A DNA stretch of 47,824 bases. It comes from a virus (lineage: Duplodnaviria > Caudoviricetes). Position 1 is the stretch's first letter, and each line of letters starts with the position of its first letter. The notes beneath the pieces are model-generated. The model made no database searches, was not told the DNA's origin, and saw only the letters and a list, made by a program, of their open reading frames with translations. Below, piece after piece: positions 9,254 through 19,896 of this stretch. Both the position numbers and the translations under genes were made by a program. Location of the stretch: IMG/VR virus record IMGVR_UViG_3300022666_000356, positions 1-47,824 of that record. One strand, given 5' to 3'.

Positions 9254-10213
9254 ATGGGATACCCTGTTCCGAAAAACTATATGGACGAAGGGGGCGACCG
9301 CTGGACGATCGGCGCCGGCGGGGAGCTGGTGATCAATGGCGCTGTGACCGGCGCGCTGCCGTCCCAGAGCTATTTCGTAGATACCGTCAACGGTCTGGAC
9401 ACCAACGATGGGAAGAGCTGGGCAACGGCTTTCAAAACCATGGCGGCAGCCCTGACGGCGGTGGCCACCAACGGGCGGATCTATTTCCGCGGCGATGTGC
9501 GGGAGGAGCTCACGGGATCAAACCTGAAGTTCGATGTGACCATCATCGGCTGTGGGAATCGTCCCCACCACCCGGATCTGCCCTCTGCCGGCGCCAATCC
9601 GGGAGCGGCCTGCTGGCGGCCTCCGGCGAGCCCCACCACGGCTACCCCCCTGCTGAAGGTGCGGGGCCGGGGGTGGCGGTTCATCAACATCATGTTCGAC
9701 TGCCCCGTGGATGCGGCTGCCGTCAAGCTGGAACGGAATGCTCTGTCTGACGCGGCTGAATTCGACGCCTCGCACGCTGAATTCATCGGCTGCCGGTTCG
9801 ACAGCGGCCTGATCGGCATCGAAAACAACGGCGGCTGCGGCTTCGTGATGGTCGAAGGGTGTCGGTTCATGCGCCTTACTGAGACGGGCGGCGCGGGGAT
9901 CAAATGCACGGGGACGGCGGTGGCGGCGCCGTTAAACTGGGATATTCACGACTGTATCTTCATGAACAACGCCAGTCACATCCTCAGTTCGATGAGCTAC
10001 AGCAACCTCTACCGCAATCAGTTCGGCCGGTTCACGGCTACCCTGTCGGTTGATCTCTACAACCAGCCGTCGGCTGGCCAGGGGGAATACAACATCATCA
10101 CCGAGAATTATCTCTCTGGCACTTACAACGCGGCTACTTATCCCGCCGGCAGCAACAACGAGTGGGCCGGCAATCAGAACGTGGCCGGGCAAACGACTGT
10201 AGATCCGGCATAA
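9254..10213 (+). CDS. Putative capsid decoration/head fibre with beta-helix domain
   Basis: After capsid gene; NYMDEGGDRWTIG N-terminus, YFVD..NG.D.NDG.SW..AFKT motif, repeated FIGCRF/VEGCRF/IHDCIF rungs. Confidence 0.65.
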   Translation: MGYPVPKNYMDEGGDRWTIGAGGELVINGAVTGALPSQSYFVDTVNGLDTNDGKSWATAFKTMAAALTAVATNGRIYFRGDVREELTGSNLKFDVTIIGCGNRPHHPDLPSAGANPGAACWRPPASPTTATPLLKVRGRGWRFINIMFDCPVDAAAVKLERNALSDAAEFDASHAEFIGCRFDSGLIGIENNGGCGFVMVEGCRFMRLTETGGAGIKCTGTAVAAPLNWDIHDCIFMNNASHILSSMSYSNLYRNQFGRFTATLSVDLYNQPSAGQGEYNIITENYLSGTYNAATYPAGSNNEWAGNQNVAGQTTVDPA

Positions 10214-10227
10214 AGGAGAATTGACCA

Positions 10228-10530
10228 GTGGCAAACGTTTTAACGGCAGCTGAAGCGGCGACGGTGCTCCGCACGTTAACGACAGACCAAAACATGTTGG
10301 ACCTTCTGCCGCTGGTCGATTCCTACATCAAACTGGCCACGGGGCGGGACTGGGCGGCGGATTCACCCATCCGCCCCGAGGCCAAATCAGCGGCCAGGAT
10401 CTTGCTGGTGCAGTGGTATGAAAATCCGGGCATGCTCGCCCAGGGAATGAGCGTTCTCAGTGCAGGACTTACGTCCTGCCTGACGCAACTCGAAGCCCTG
10501 GCCCTGGAACTGGCGGAGGCGGAGGCATGA
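10228..10530 (+). CDS. Head-tail connector (gp6-like)
   Basis: YIKLATG, AARILLVQWYENP; position. Confidence 0.8.
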   Translation: MANVLTAAEAATVLRTLTTDQNMLDLLPLVDSYIKLATGRDWAADSPIRPEAKSAARILLVQWYENPGMLAQGMSVLSAGLTSCLTQLEALALELAEAEA

Positions 10531-10877
10531 AGATCGGCGGTACTCCGTTCAATCCTGGGGATCTCCGGACGACTATCACTTTGCTTCAACCGGTGGTCAG
10601 CTCCAACGCTGGCGGTTTCAAGGTTCCGACGTACACGGCGGCAACTAGCGGAACTGTGCTTTCCGACTGGCGAAACGCGCACGGATCTGAGGCCTGGGCG
10701 GCCGCTGCCATCCAGGCCACCCGGGCCGCCACAGTACGTATCCGGTACAGGGCCGACGTGGCCATGACATGGAGGGTACAGAAAGGCTCTGAAGTTTTTG
10801 AGATCGTTTCGATGGATAACATCGGGGAACGCGGAGAGATCCTGGAGCTCAAAGTCAGGGCTGTGGTAGGTGGATGA
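10527..10877 (+). CDS. Head closure / head-tail adaptor
   Basis: NPGDLRTTITL, VRIRYRADV, FEIVS. Confidence 0.85.
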   Translation: MKIGGTPFNPGDLRTTITLLQPVVSSNAGGFKVPTYTAATSGTVLSDWRNAHGSEAWAAAAIQATRAATVRIRYRADVAMTWRVQKGSEVFEIVSMDNIGERGEILELKVRAVVGG

Positions 10878-11266
10878 TGGCGATCCGGACACGGTTTGAT
10901 CTGCGGGGGCTCACGGCGCTAATAGAAGAGCTGTCTGATCTCAACGATAACATCGATGAGGCTGTAGGGGAGGCGTTGAACGCCGGAGCTGACGAGCTGC
11001 TGAGCGGAATGATAGCCCGGGCGCGGGAACGCACCGGAAATCTAAAGTCGAAACTCAAGAAATCAGCCGTCAAGATGGAACGGAATTTTTCCTTTATCGA
11101 CATCGGGTTGATCGATGCTGACGCCGAAACCGCCAGGTATGGGAATGCCCAGGAGTTCGGTACCAGCTCGATGGCCGGGCAATCCTATATCCGGGCCGCG
11201 TTTGATGAGGATATGGCGCGGGCGCGGGCAAAGATGCGCAAAGTCCTACAGGAACGAATGAAATGA
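10874..11266 (+). CDS. HK97 gp10-like neck protein
   Basis: RTGNLK, QEFGTSSMAGQSYIRAAFD. Confidence 0.85.
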   Translation: MMAIRTRFDLRGLTALIEELSDLNDNIDEAVGEALNAGADELLSGMIARARERTGNLKSKLKKSAVKMERNFSFIDIGLIDADAETARYGNAQEFGTSSMAGQSYIRAAFDEDMARARAKMRKVLQERMK

Positions 11267-11610
11267 CGATTTGGGAGATGGTTAAAAACGCCTTGGTTCC
11301 GTTGGGGTATCCGCTGGCGGCAAATACATATGTTGTTGAAAGCGGGGCGAATTTGCCTGATCTGTACATCGTCTATCAGCTGGTGAGTAGCCCACCTGTT
11401 CAATCCGCCAATGACCGTGAAAAGCTGCGGCTATTAACGGTCCAGGTTACCTGCTGGAGTCGAACTGGGTTTGTTTCGATGCCAAACATTGTGGGGGCAA
11501 TGGAGTCGGCCGGGTTTACCCACGGGCCTGATTTTGAATTGCCCTATTCGATTGCCAGCCGCCACTATGGCCTGGCTATGGAATTTTCAATTCTTTACGT
11601 GAAGGAGTAA
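11263..11610 (+). CDS. Tail terminator-like protein
   Basis: YIVYQ, VQVTCWS, MESAGF; position before tail tube. Confidence 0.7.
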   Translation: MTIWEMVKNALVPLGYPLAANTYVVESGANLPDLYIVYQLVSSPPVQSANDREKLRLLTVQVTCWSRTGFVSMPNIVGAMESAGFTHGPDFELPYSIASRHYGLAMEFSILYVKE

Positions 11611-11614
11611 CACG

Positions 11615-12538
11615 ATGGCAATCAACGCCAATGCCGGAGAATATCTGAGTCGGGTTGGGCTGGCGGACTTGTATGTTGCGGAGGTCACCCAGGATGATGC
11701 GAGCGGATTTGTGTGTGGGACTCCTGAAGCCCTTGCACCCGCAGCCGAGGCCTCGGTGGAGCCTGCGTCGAATTCCGAAGTTCAGTACGCGGACGACGCC
11801 CCGTACTACGTTTTTTCTAGCGAGGGTGAAACGAAGGTCACTCTCACGGTTACTGGAGTACCGGCCGAGATGCTTGCCAAATTGACCGGGAAATATTTCC
11901 ATTCCGCGTCTGGTCGCGTTTATGACTACAACGCGACAAAGCCTTATTTTGCTCTCGGGTTCCGGAGCAAAAAGGCTGACGGATCATATCGGTATTACTG
12001 GTTCCTGAAGGGGACGTTTGGCAGCCCGAAGGAATCGTTGTCGACGCTGAAAGACAAGCCTGAGCCTAAGCCTCAAGAATTGGAATATACGGCGATAGAG
12101 ACGATGTTCAAATTCACCATGCCGGATTCCAGCACCAAGAGGCTGAAAAGAGTTTTCGGCGACACGTCCACGACTGGCTTCGATGCTACGGCCTGGTTCT
12201 CCCAGGTACAAACCCCGTCCACGTCTGCGCCGTCGGCTCTGGCTCTGTCCAGTTCGACCCCTGCTGACAACGCCACGGGTGTTTCTGTTAGCGCTGACAT
12301 CACTCTGACGTTCAATAATGCTCTGGTAAACGGGGCTACGGCTAACGTTGCTTTGATCAAGGCGTCTGACGCCAGCGTCTTTACCATCGTAAAGAGCCTC
12401 GATACTACCAAAAAGATTATGACGGTCAACCCGACGGGCAGCCTTTCGGCAAGCACGGAATATTATGTCCTGATTACTGGGGTGACCGATATCTATGGAC
12501 AGCAGCTTACCAGCGTAGTGAGTTTCACTACGGCATAA
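11615..12538 (+). CDS. Major tail protein (phi13-like) with C-terminal Ig-like domain
   Basis: YADD, PYFALGFRSKKADGSYRYYW; STPADNATGV...ITLTFN...VTDIYG. Confidence 0.9.
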   Translation: MAINANAGEYLSRVGLADLYVAEVTQDDASGFVCGTPEALAPAAEASVEPASNSEVQYADDAPYYVFSSEGETKVTLTVTGVPAEMLAKLTGKYFHSASGRVYDYNATKPYFALGFRSKKADGSYRYYWFLKGTFGSPKESLSTLKDKPEPKPQELEYTAIETMFKFTMPDSSTKRLKRVFGDTSTTGFDATAWFSQVQTPSTSAPSALALSSSTPADNATGVSVSADITLTFNNALVNGATANVALIKASDASVFTIVKSLDTTKKIMTVNPTGSLSASTEYYVLITGVTDIYGQQLTSVVSFTTA

Positions 12539-12550
12539 GGAGCACTACTG

Positions 12551-12910
12551 ATGGACCAACCGACGCCGATTCGGTTAACTCTCTATAACCCAGAAACGAA
12601 CGAGGTAGCGCGGGAATTATCCCGCGTTTACCTCCCCTGGAAGCTCTTGAAGACGTGTGTCGAGTTGAACGAGGCACACAAACTGGATAGCGAAGCCTCT
12701 CTCACCAGCGATTCTATCGAGATCCTTGAATCTCTGGTTTGCGAGGTTTTCAACAACCAGATTACCCCGAAAGACCTTCAAGATGGGGCTGACATGGTGG
12801 AGGTTCTGACGGTTTACAATGCGATCATGACGCGGGCCTATATGGCGATGCCTCCGGCAAACCCTACGACGGCGGGGAAGACCCGCCAGGGGGGGAATCG
12901 GAAGCGCTGA
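12551..12910 (+). CDS. Tail assembly chaperone (gpG-like)
   Basis: Between tail tube and tape measure; VFNNQIT..DLQDG. Confidence 0.8.
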   Translation: MDQPTPIRLTLYNPETNEVARELSRVYLPWKLLKTCVELNEAHKLDSEASLTSDSIEILESLVCEVFNNQITPKDLQDGADMVEVLTVYNAIMTRAYMAMPPANPTTAGKTRQGGNRKR

Positions 12911-13101
12911 CGCTGAAAACGTTGATCGATGTTGAGGTATCTCTCGTTCGATTATTCCACTGGAACGCTCACGACATCGACGAGACCGATATCACAACCA
13001 TGATCAGGCTCTTCTTTGCGTTGCGCGATGATGCCAGAGATGGCGCCGGGAATAGCAGGCCTGAAAAAGTCGTGTATTGCGATCAGATCCCAGGATTTTA
13101 G
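12859..13101 (+). CDS. -1 frameshift extension of tail chaperone (gpGT-like)
   Basis: In-frame slippery A AAC CCT 12859-12865, hairpin 12871-12887, -1 frame open to TAG 13101 (HWNAHDIDETDI...VYCDQIPGF). Confidence 0.8.
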   Translation, partial: KPYDGGEDPPGGESEALTLKTLIDVEVSLVRLFHWNAHDIDETDITTMIRLFFALRDDARDGAGNSRPEKVVYCDQIPGF

Positions 13102-13110
13102 GGAGACATT

Positions 13111-15867
13111 ATGGGCGAGGAACTCCGTGACGTATTTGGGAAACTTGGGTTAGACACCACCGAATTCAAAACCGGGATTGCGGCTGCAAACCGTGAATTG
13201 CGCGTTTTGGAGTCCGGATTCCGCGCCAGTGCGGCCGCGTATGGGGACTGGGGGAAGAGCCTGGATGGGCTGACGTTGAGATCTCAGTCCCTGACGCGGC
13301 AAATTGATGTGCAGGCGGTGAAGGTCGAGGCTGCCCGGATCGAGTATGAGCGGATTGCAGCAACCATGGGTAAAACCTCGCGCCAAGCCCAGGACGCGCA
13401 GGTCAGGCTGAATAAGGAAACAGAAACTCTGAACCGCATGAGTTCAGAATTGTCACGAACAAAAACAGCCCTGGATAAATTCGCGGATTCAGCCGAAGAC
13501 GCTGGCGATCAGACTGATAAGCTGGCCGATGAGGAAAAAGCCGCAGAAAAAGCTACGCTCAATTTCAGCACTGCTTTAAAATCATTGGTTTCGGCGCTGC
13601 CGGCGGCAGTGCAGGCCCTGGGGAACATGGCTGGAGCGGCGGCCGGATTTGCTGGCCGCGTGGGGAGTGCCGTGGGCGGCATCCTGACCAGCGTGGCCAG
13701 CGTGGGCCTACGCGTGGCCACTACATTTGCTACAATCGCTGCCGCCGGCGCTGCGGCATTTGCCGGCCTGGTGGCTACATCGATCGGCCCGGCGTCTGAT
13801 CTGAGCGAGACAACTAACCAAATTTCTGTTACGTTTTCTGATGCGTCAGATTCTATTTTCGATTTTGCAGATAATGCAGCGTTAGCCCTGGGCCAATCTC
13901 GTCAGCAGTCATTGGATGCCGCGGGAACGTTTGGGGTATTCGGGCGATCGGCCCGGCTTACTGGATCAGATCTGTCTGATTTCTCTACCTCACTGGTCAC
14001 CGCTGCCAGTGATTTGGCATCATTCAGAAATAAATCTCCTGATCAGGCGATCAAGGCGCTCAGCGGGGCATTGCGTGGGGAAACTGAGGGTTTGCGCGAA
14101 TTTGGGATTCTGATTGATGATGCCAGTGTAAAGCAGGCGGCCCTCGCCAATGGCATTATTACAACCACGTCGGAAGCGTTGACTCCTCAGCAGCGGGTTT
14201 TGGCAACGTACAAGGTCATCATGGATCAAATGACGTTGGCCAATGGTGATTTTGAGCGCACGTCTAAGGGAGCCGCCAACCAGGTGCGCATTTTGACTGC
14301 AACATGGGCTAATTTCCGGGCCGATATTGGACGCGGTGTACTACCTCTTTGGGAACTCCTGCTTCAACGGTTTACAGCGTTTGTCACATCGCCACAGATC
14401 CAGGGCGGAATCAAAGCGATTTCCGATGGATTCAATTTGGTCAGCCTGGCGATTGTAAATGCCTTCGATGGTGATGGAATCCTGGCCATGAATCAAGTCA
14501 GAGAGGCCATCACAGCCCTGGGAACAGCGTTCGGAGTATCAGCCGTCGATGCGGAGGCCTTCGGCAGCGATGTGGGCCGGGGAGTATGGGCCGTCGTCGA
14601 GGCGCTCAAGGAAGGGTTTGACCCGGGCGCGGGCCTGATCGACAATGTCCTGACGTTCCTGGACCGGGTATCGCTGAAGAGTCCCTTGTTGGCCCCGCTG
14701 GCTGATGTATTTGAAACGATCGTCGGCTACGTCCAGGATTTTCAGGACGTAATCGCCGGCGCCGACGGCAATATGTCACGTCTCGGAGAGGGCATTGGAC
14801 GCCTGGTTAGTCGGATCGGGACCGATCTCCTGGCCAATAAGGCCCAGTTGGTAACGATGGCCACCGGCTTCGTCACCGGACTCGCGCAGGCCATCACGGC
14901 GGCAATCCCTGAATTGCTGCCGGTGGCAAATTCAGTACTGGCCGGGCTGCTGCAATTCCTCACCCAGGGTCTGCCAGCTCTAGCCTCGGTGGGGGTATCC
15001 ATTATCTCCACTATCGTGAGATTTTTACGGGACAATGCGACGGCCCTGGCTGACTCGGCCGTCGACATCATCGTAACTCTGATAACCGGGATCGCCCCAT
15101 TGCTCCCCTTATTGTTGGACGCGGCGGTGCAGATTATCGCCGCGCTGGTCGCCGGCCTTGGCCGGGCGATGCCCACCATCGGGCCTGTTTTGATCAAAAT
15201 GTTGACAGACATGGTGGGGGTGTTGCTCGACAATAACGGGCGCATGATCGAAGCCGGAATCGAGTTGATCGCTGGCCTGATCGAGGGATTTGCGAGATCT
15301 GAGACAGAGTTTATCAAACAGGCTCCGGTGCTCATAAAAAAATATTTTGACGCGATTTTGAGAGAGATTCCCCTCATCATCGAACTCGGCACGAGGATCG
15401 TCACGGCCCTGATCAAGGGGATGGAGGGGATGGGGCCAGCAGAGCGAAAAGCGTTGAAGGAAATCGTGGAGACGATGGCGAAATCGATTCCCCAGATCGC
15501 CGGCGCACTGGCCTCGCTCGGTATCAAAATCGTCGAATACATTATCTCGGGAATGTTGGGGTATAGCGTCAAATTTAACACGGCCCTGTTGGGGATTGTG
15601 AAGGGCGGCGTCAACAACGCTGGGAACAATGTGCGCCGGCCAGCGTTCGGGTCATTGAACGGCGCGTCGTTGGCCTCCGCGGCCGCCGGCGCGATGGGGG
15701 GCGGTGGGGGATTGCCGGCATCATCCGCCGGATCTGGCGCTGGGATTGCGGGGAGTCAGCCTATCAATATTACGGTCCACATCGGTTCCGTAGCCAGTGG
15801 GATCGATGTCTATCGCCTGGCCCAGCAAGTCGGGTATGAGGCTCAGAAAGCGCGAGGGTACAAATAA
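13111..15867 (+). CDS. Tape measure protein
   Basis: 918 aa, Ala/Gly-rich helical, LGLDTTEFK start, ALRGETEGLREFGI. Confidence 0.93.
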   Translation: MGEELRDVFGKLGLDTTEFKTGIAAANRELRVLESGFRASAAAYGDWGKSLDGLTLRSQSLTRQIDVQAVKVEAARIEYERIAATMGKTSRQAQDAQVRLNKETETLNRMSSELSRTKTALDKFADSAEDAGDQTDKLADEEKAAEKATLNFSTALKSLVSALPAAVQALGNMAGAAAGFAGRVGSAVGGILTSVASVGLRVATTFATIAAAGAAAFAGLVATSIGPASDLSETTNQISVTFSDASDSIFDFADNAALALGQSRQQSLDAAGTFGVFGRSARLTGSDLSDFSTSLVTAASDLASFRNKSPDQAIKALSGALRGETEGLREFGILIDDASVKQAALANGIITTTSEALTPQQRVLATYKVIMDQMTLANGDFERTSKGAANQVRILTATWANFRADIGRGVLPLWELLLQRFTAFVTSPQIQGGIKAISDGFNLVSLAIVNAFDGDGILAMNQVREAITALGTAFGVSAVDAEAFGSDVGRGVWAVVEALKEGFDPGAGLIDNVLTFLDRVSLKSPLLAPLADVFETIVGYVQDFQDVIAGADGNMSRLGEGIGRLVSRIGTDLLANKAQLVTMATGFVTGLAQAITAAIPELLPVANSVLAGLLQFLTQGLPALASVGVSIISTIVRFLRDNATALADSAVDIIVTLITGIAPLLPLLLDAAVQIIAALVAGLGRAMPTIGPVLIKMLTDMVGVLLDNNGRMIEAGIELIAGLIEGFARSETEFIKQAPVLIKKYFDAILREIPLIIELGTRIVTALIKGMEGMGPAERKALKEIVETMAKSIPQIAGALASLGIKIVEYIISGMLGYSVKFNTALLGIVKGGVNNAGNNVRRPAFGSLNGASLASAAAGAMGGGGGLPASSAGSGAGIAGSQPINITVHIGSVASGIDVYRLAQQVGYEAQKARGYK

Positions 15868-17264
15868 TGCAACTCGAAATACAAACCCCTGATGAAACCA
15901 TTGATCTGTTTGGGTCGGGCTATGCCAGCCAGGATTATTTCCCATCAGACGCCGAAGAGAATGGCGTCTGTACTGATAGGCTGATAGTAACGATCACTGG
16001 GTCGTCTGCCAGCGACTTGAGCAACAAAATCCAGGCGCTGGAGCGGGCCTTTGCGTATGCGGCTACACACCAGGATCGCCGGGAATGGTGCTGGCTCAAT
16101 TTCTCGATTGTGGACACGGGTGACACCTGGCGTTCCAGAATCATCGCCGGCGCGGTGATGTTGTCGCCGCGGATCTCGCTGGAGACGCGCACCAATGTGG
16201 CGGTGGCCACGGTGGCAATTTCTCGGCTGCCGTATTGGGAGGGCCCGGAGACGGAAATCCCCCTGCGGAACTCCAATGGGAACGAGATCACAGGGGGGAT
16301 AAACGTTTACAACTGCAATGACCTGAGCGGCAGCGCTCCGAACAAAAACAATAACTGGGTCCGGTTCCTAAAAACGTCCATCACCGGATCTCTGCCGTCA
16401 CCTCTGAAAATCACCGTAAAACGGCTGTTCGCAGCGCCGGGGGAACGGGAGACTGCTTACATTTGGGCATTTCTGAATCAGTACCCGGCTGATCTCGGCG
16501 ACATCAGCATCAATAATCCGTTTTTTCTCGACAGCGAAACGGCCACTGGTGGTACACCGGTTTCCAATGTTAATTCAAGCGATGGCTATTACCGTGCCTG
16601 CACTATTGGTGATGGAGCTGTAACTGAGTTGCTGGTGTGGCAGATGGACGGTTCGGTCATTGAGTCATTTGCTCACAAATTTTTCAATGTGATATGCCGT
16701 TTCGGGTCAGCCTATAACCTGGGCGATGCGCGGTTCAGAATAAAAATAGGCGCATCACCGCACTTCTATTACGGACCATGGGTCACCCCAGGGGATATCA
16801 GTGCCTCCACTGGCCGGTGGGTGCAGTTGTTGGGTGCAGTGAAAATGATGTCAGCATTGGTGGATCCTGATTCTCCCCCAACATACGTCAGAGTCGCATT
16901 GGAGGGAGAGGGGCTCTCCAGCGGTGCAAAGGTCGTACACGTTGACTACCTCCAGCTATGTCCAACGGATGGCGCCGCTCAGTTTGCGTGCCAGAGCGCG
17001 GCCAGCGGGGCCTTTGCCGCCCTGGGCGACCAGCAGGAGATGATCTATGACCCGGCCGCCGGGCTGCATTACTGGAGAGACGGGGTTATCCAGACAACGG
17101 ACGGCTGGACGCTGGTAGGAGATCAGCTGCAGGTAATCCCCGGTGAAACGGGGTACATTTATTGGGGATTTGCCAACACGATCGGGGCGGCTGATCCCCT
17201 CACATCGGCCCACGACAAATACAATATCAGACTGCACTACCGGCCCCGCAGGAAAACCCTATGA
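15867..17264 (+). CDS. Distal tail / baseplate protein (putative)
   Basis: Directly after tape measure; PYWEG, YRPR C-terminus; mainly positional. Confidence 0.6.
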   Translation: MQLEIQTPDETIDLFGSGYASQDYFPSDAEENGVCTDRLIVTITGSSASDLSNKIQALERAFAYAATHQDRREWCWLNFSIVDTGDTWRSRIIAGAVMLSPRISLETRTNVAVATVAISRLPYWEGPETEIPLRNSNGNEITGGINVYNCNDLSGSAPNKNNNWVRFLKTSITGSLPSPLKITVKRLFAAPGERETAYIWAFLNQYPADLGDISINNPFFLDSETATGGTPVSNVNSSDGYYRACTIGDGAVTELLVWQMDGSVIESFAHKFFNVICRFGSAYNLGDARFRIKIGASPHFYYGPWVTPGDISASTGRWVQLLGAVKMMSALVDPDSPPTYVRVALEGEGLSSGAKVVHVDYLQLCPTDGAAQFACQSAASGAFAALGDQQEMIYDPAAGLHYWRDGVIQTTDGWTLVGDQLQVIPGETGYIYWGFANTIGAADPLTSAHDKYNIRLHYRPRRKTL

Positions 17265-18310
17265 CGCTCCGGGCACAGTTCCAGAACAACAATTTCTCGG
17301 CGCGATCTACGCAGCCGTTGGTCAATATGACCATTGCACGTCTGATCTGGAGCTACCTGGGGGGGCCGGATCAGGCTGTGATAGAGGCGGAGGGGTCATC
17401 AGGGGAACTCTGGGCACTGATAGATCTGTTGCGAGCTCCCGTGACCATCTACGACGGCCTTACGCCAGTGTGGTGGGGATATGCGCGGGAGATAACCATC
17501 ACGGACGGAGTGATTGAGTCAGGCGTCAGCCTGGACAACATGTATACCCGACTCCGGGTTTACTACCCCTATATCCCCGATGGAGAATATTACCCCACCA
17601 TCACCGGATTCACTGACTGGGCGGCGCATGCCAGGGGAATAACGGATTTTGGATACAAAGAGCTCACGATGAACGGCCCGGCGATGCATGCGGCGGAGGC
17701 CGTGATCTATCGAGACACTCAATTGCTGGCGTATCGAGATCCTGCCGGAATTATGAATTTTACGCAGTACTCTCCTACGCTGCGGGCCACTATTCGCATG
17801 GCAGGATGGTGGAGCACACTCGATTGGAGGTACTATTATTCCGCCACATCGGGGAATCTGGACTCAATTGCAAAAATCGCTCTGATTATGGCAATCTCAG
17901 GTCAATTCCTGGCCGGAGTTAACCCGCGAGGAACCAGCGGAGTTTCAACTGTGGCGGCCAGCTCCGGGCTGAACACTGGCATGGTAGAGGTAATCGACCT
18001 GCTGAAAACGGGGGACTCCAGCGGAAATCGTATTGTGTCCCTGATCGACGCGCAGCGGCGCGCTGAAATCTCCGTCGTCACCAAAACCCCGGAATATTAT
18101 CAGGACAGAACCGGCGCACTATACAATGCGGGCGGATATCTGATGAGCCCATATTTCGCCCCAGTTGGGCGCTATGTTTCCCTGAAAAATGGGAACCTGG
18201 GGACCATCGGGCTGTCAAAATCCGCCAGGACAATATCTCAGTTTTGCGCCAGCGCAGAATGGACGCAAAACAATGGCATGATCCTGCAATACGCAGATTT
18301 AAATCAGTGA
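17261..18310 (+). CDS. Tail tip / hub protein (putative)
   Basis: Position; VWWGY motif. Confidence 0.55.
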   Translation: MTLRAQFQNNNFSARSTQPLVNMTIARLIWSYLGGPDQAVIEAEGSSGELWALIDLLRAPVTIYDGLTPVWWGYAREITITDGVIESGVSLDNMYTRLRVYYPYIPDGEYYPTITGFTDWAAHARGITDFGYKELTMNGPAMHAAEAVIYRDTQLLAYRDPAGIMNFTQYSPTLRATIRMAGWWSTLDWRYYYSATSGNLDSIAKIALIMAISGQFLAGVNPRGTSGVSTVAASSGLNTGMVEVIDLLKTGDSSGNRIVSLIDAQRRAEISVVTKTPEYYQDRTGALYNAGGYLMSPYFAPVGRYVSLKNGNLGTIGLSKSARTISQFCASAEWTQNNGMILQYADLNQ

Positions 18311-18314
18311 GGTA

Positions 18315-19895
18315 ATGATGACAATACAGAAAATACTACGAGAAATACGGGCGACTGTTATGGATTGGATCTCGGCGATTGTAGCCGCGATTCTATTAGA
18401 TGATATTGCCGATGTTAACGCTCCGTCGCCAGGAACCGGCTATGGGCTCGGGTGGAATGGCAATGAATGGGTCCCGTACGATTACCCGACAACGACCCAG
18501 GTCAAGCAGTTGATTTTACAACTGGCCGGAGGAACATGGTTTCTCCACGAAGAGGATTCTGATATTTCCGGATACGAACTGCTATTAGGAACCCCGGCAA
18601 ATTCAGTAGAAACATCAGACAGCGCCGTTGCAAATTCAGGGACTGGCGAGGTTCCAATCGACGAATACATAACACCTTTCGGAGGCCTTGGACTGTCGTT
18701 GATTCCAGGCGGAGCCTGGCATTTCACGACATTTGCATCGGTAGACTCGTCTGTCGGAACATCGCAAATAGTTATCCGGGTCTACAAACGCAATCCGGGC
18801 AATGTAGAGACAGAGTTGTTCTCTGTCGTTACGAGTGAGATCAATGCCACAACTGTAACCGAATATAGCGTAGAAACAGTTCAGCCGGATTTTGCGATAT
18901 TTGAGACGGATAGAATTGTTATCAAATATCTATTTAAAACAACGTCTGCTGTTGACAGGACTGGAACGCTCTATTATGAGGGAACCAGTCACTACTCGCA
19001 TGTCCACACGCCGATCGGCGGCGGAGTGGCGGCGATTAGTACCCAAGACACAGCAACAATTGACATGGAACTGAACTCGTCAAATGTTTTGACCGCGAAT
19101 TTGACGGCGGGTCTCGACGACCTGACAGACGTTCTCGTCGAATCATATACAGACGGTGCCACCCTGGTGGCAAATTCTGGAGAGTCAGCATTTGAGTGTC
19201 GGAAATTGAAATTTTCTGAACTGTCGTCTGATCTAGGATATCCGATAGCCAGAACCCAAACGTTTAATTTCGCCGGGACGGCTCTGGATACCAGCGAAAA
19301 ATGCAACGCGGTAGGCATTCGGTTCTCGGGAGATAGTCCCTTCCCCACGCCGAATCTTGGGACTATCAGCGGCAGCTGGTCGCACGTTGCTGACCACGGA
19401 TGGAAACCGGCGTCTACTGTGGACGCACAGGGTCCGGCCTTGTTGATTCCATTGCCGGCGTGTGGCCCGAATATAAAAATTGTAGTCGAATTCGAATATG
19501 CGCCGTCTGCTGTAACCCAAAAGGGTGCTCTGCACATTGCCGGGCTGACTCGTACACAAAACGTGGCAGCATATGTAATAACATACGACGATCAGTTCGG
19601 CTCCTCAGGTCTAACTGCGGAGGGGCAGACAAATGACGGCGATGAAACGTATACCGCCAGGTATTCCGGGACGTTTTATGCCGGGTCTGCCATCCGCACC
19701 TACGGCCTCCGCTGGTTGTCGGCCTGTCCTGGGTTTTACGATGCCCAGGACAGCGCATGGCACTATTACACGGCGAAACCGTCAGTAATACCCTACACAC
19801 CCGAGTATTTATACATCTATTTCCAGAAATACTCGGGCTTCACGTTTTTTGATCCGGTGTATATAAAATCGGTCACCGTTAGCGGCGAGGTGTAG
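18315..19895 (+). CDS. Tail fibre / receptor-binding protein (putative)
   Basis: LDDIADV and LDDLTDV shaft motifs, LGWNGNEWVP, beta-rich domains. Confidence 0.65.
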   Translation: MMTIQKILREIRATVMDWISAIVAAILLDDIADVNAPSPGTGYGLGWNGNEWVPYDYPTTTQVKQLILQLAGGTWFLHEEDSDISGYELLLGTPANSVETSDSAVANSGTGEVPIDEYITPFGGLGLSLIPGGAWHFTTFASVDSSVGTSQIVIRVYKRNPGNVETELFSVVTSEINATTVTEYSVETVQPDFAIFETDRIVIKYLFKTTSAVDRTGTLYYEGTSHYSHVHTPIGGGVAAISTQDTATIDMELNSSNVLTANLTAGLDDLTDVLVESYTDGATLVANSGESAFECRKLKFSELSSDLGYPIARTQTFNFAGTALDTSEKCNAVGIRFSGDSPFPTPNLGTISGSWSHVADHGWKPASTVDAQGPALLIPLPACGPNIKIVVEFEYAPSAVTQKGALHIAGLTRTQNVAAYVITYDDQFGSSGLTAEGQTNDGDETYTARYSGTFYAGSAIRTYGLRWLSACPGFYDAQDSAWHYYTAKPSVIPYTPEYLYIYFQKYSGFTFFDPVYIKSVTVSGEV

Positions 19896-19896
19896 A

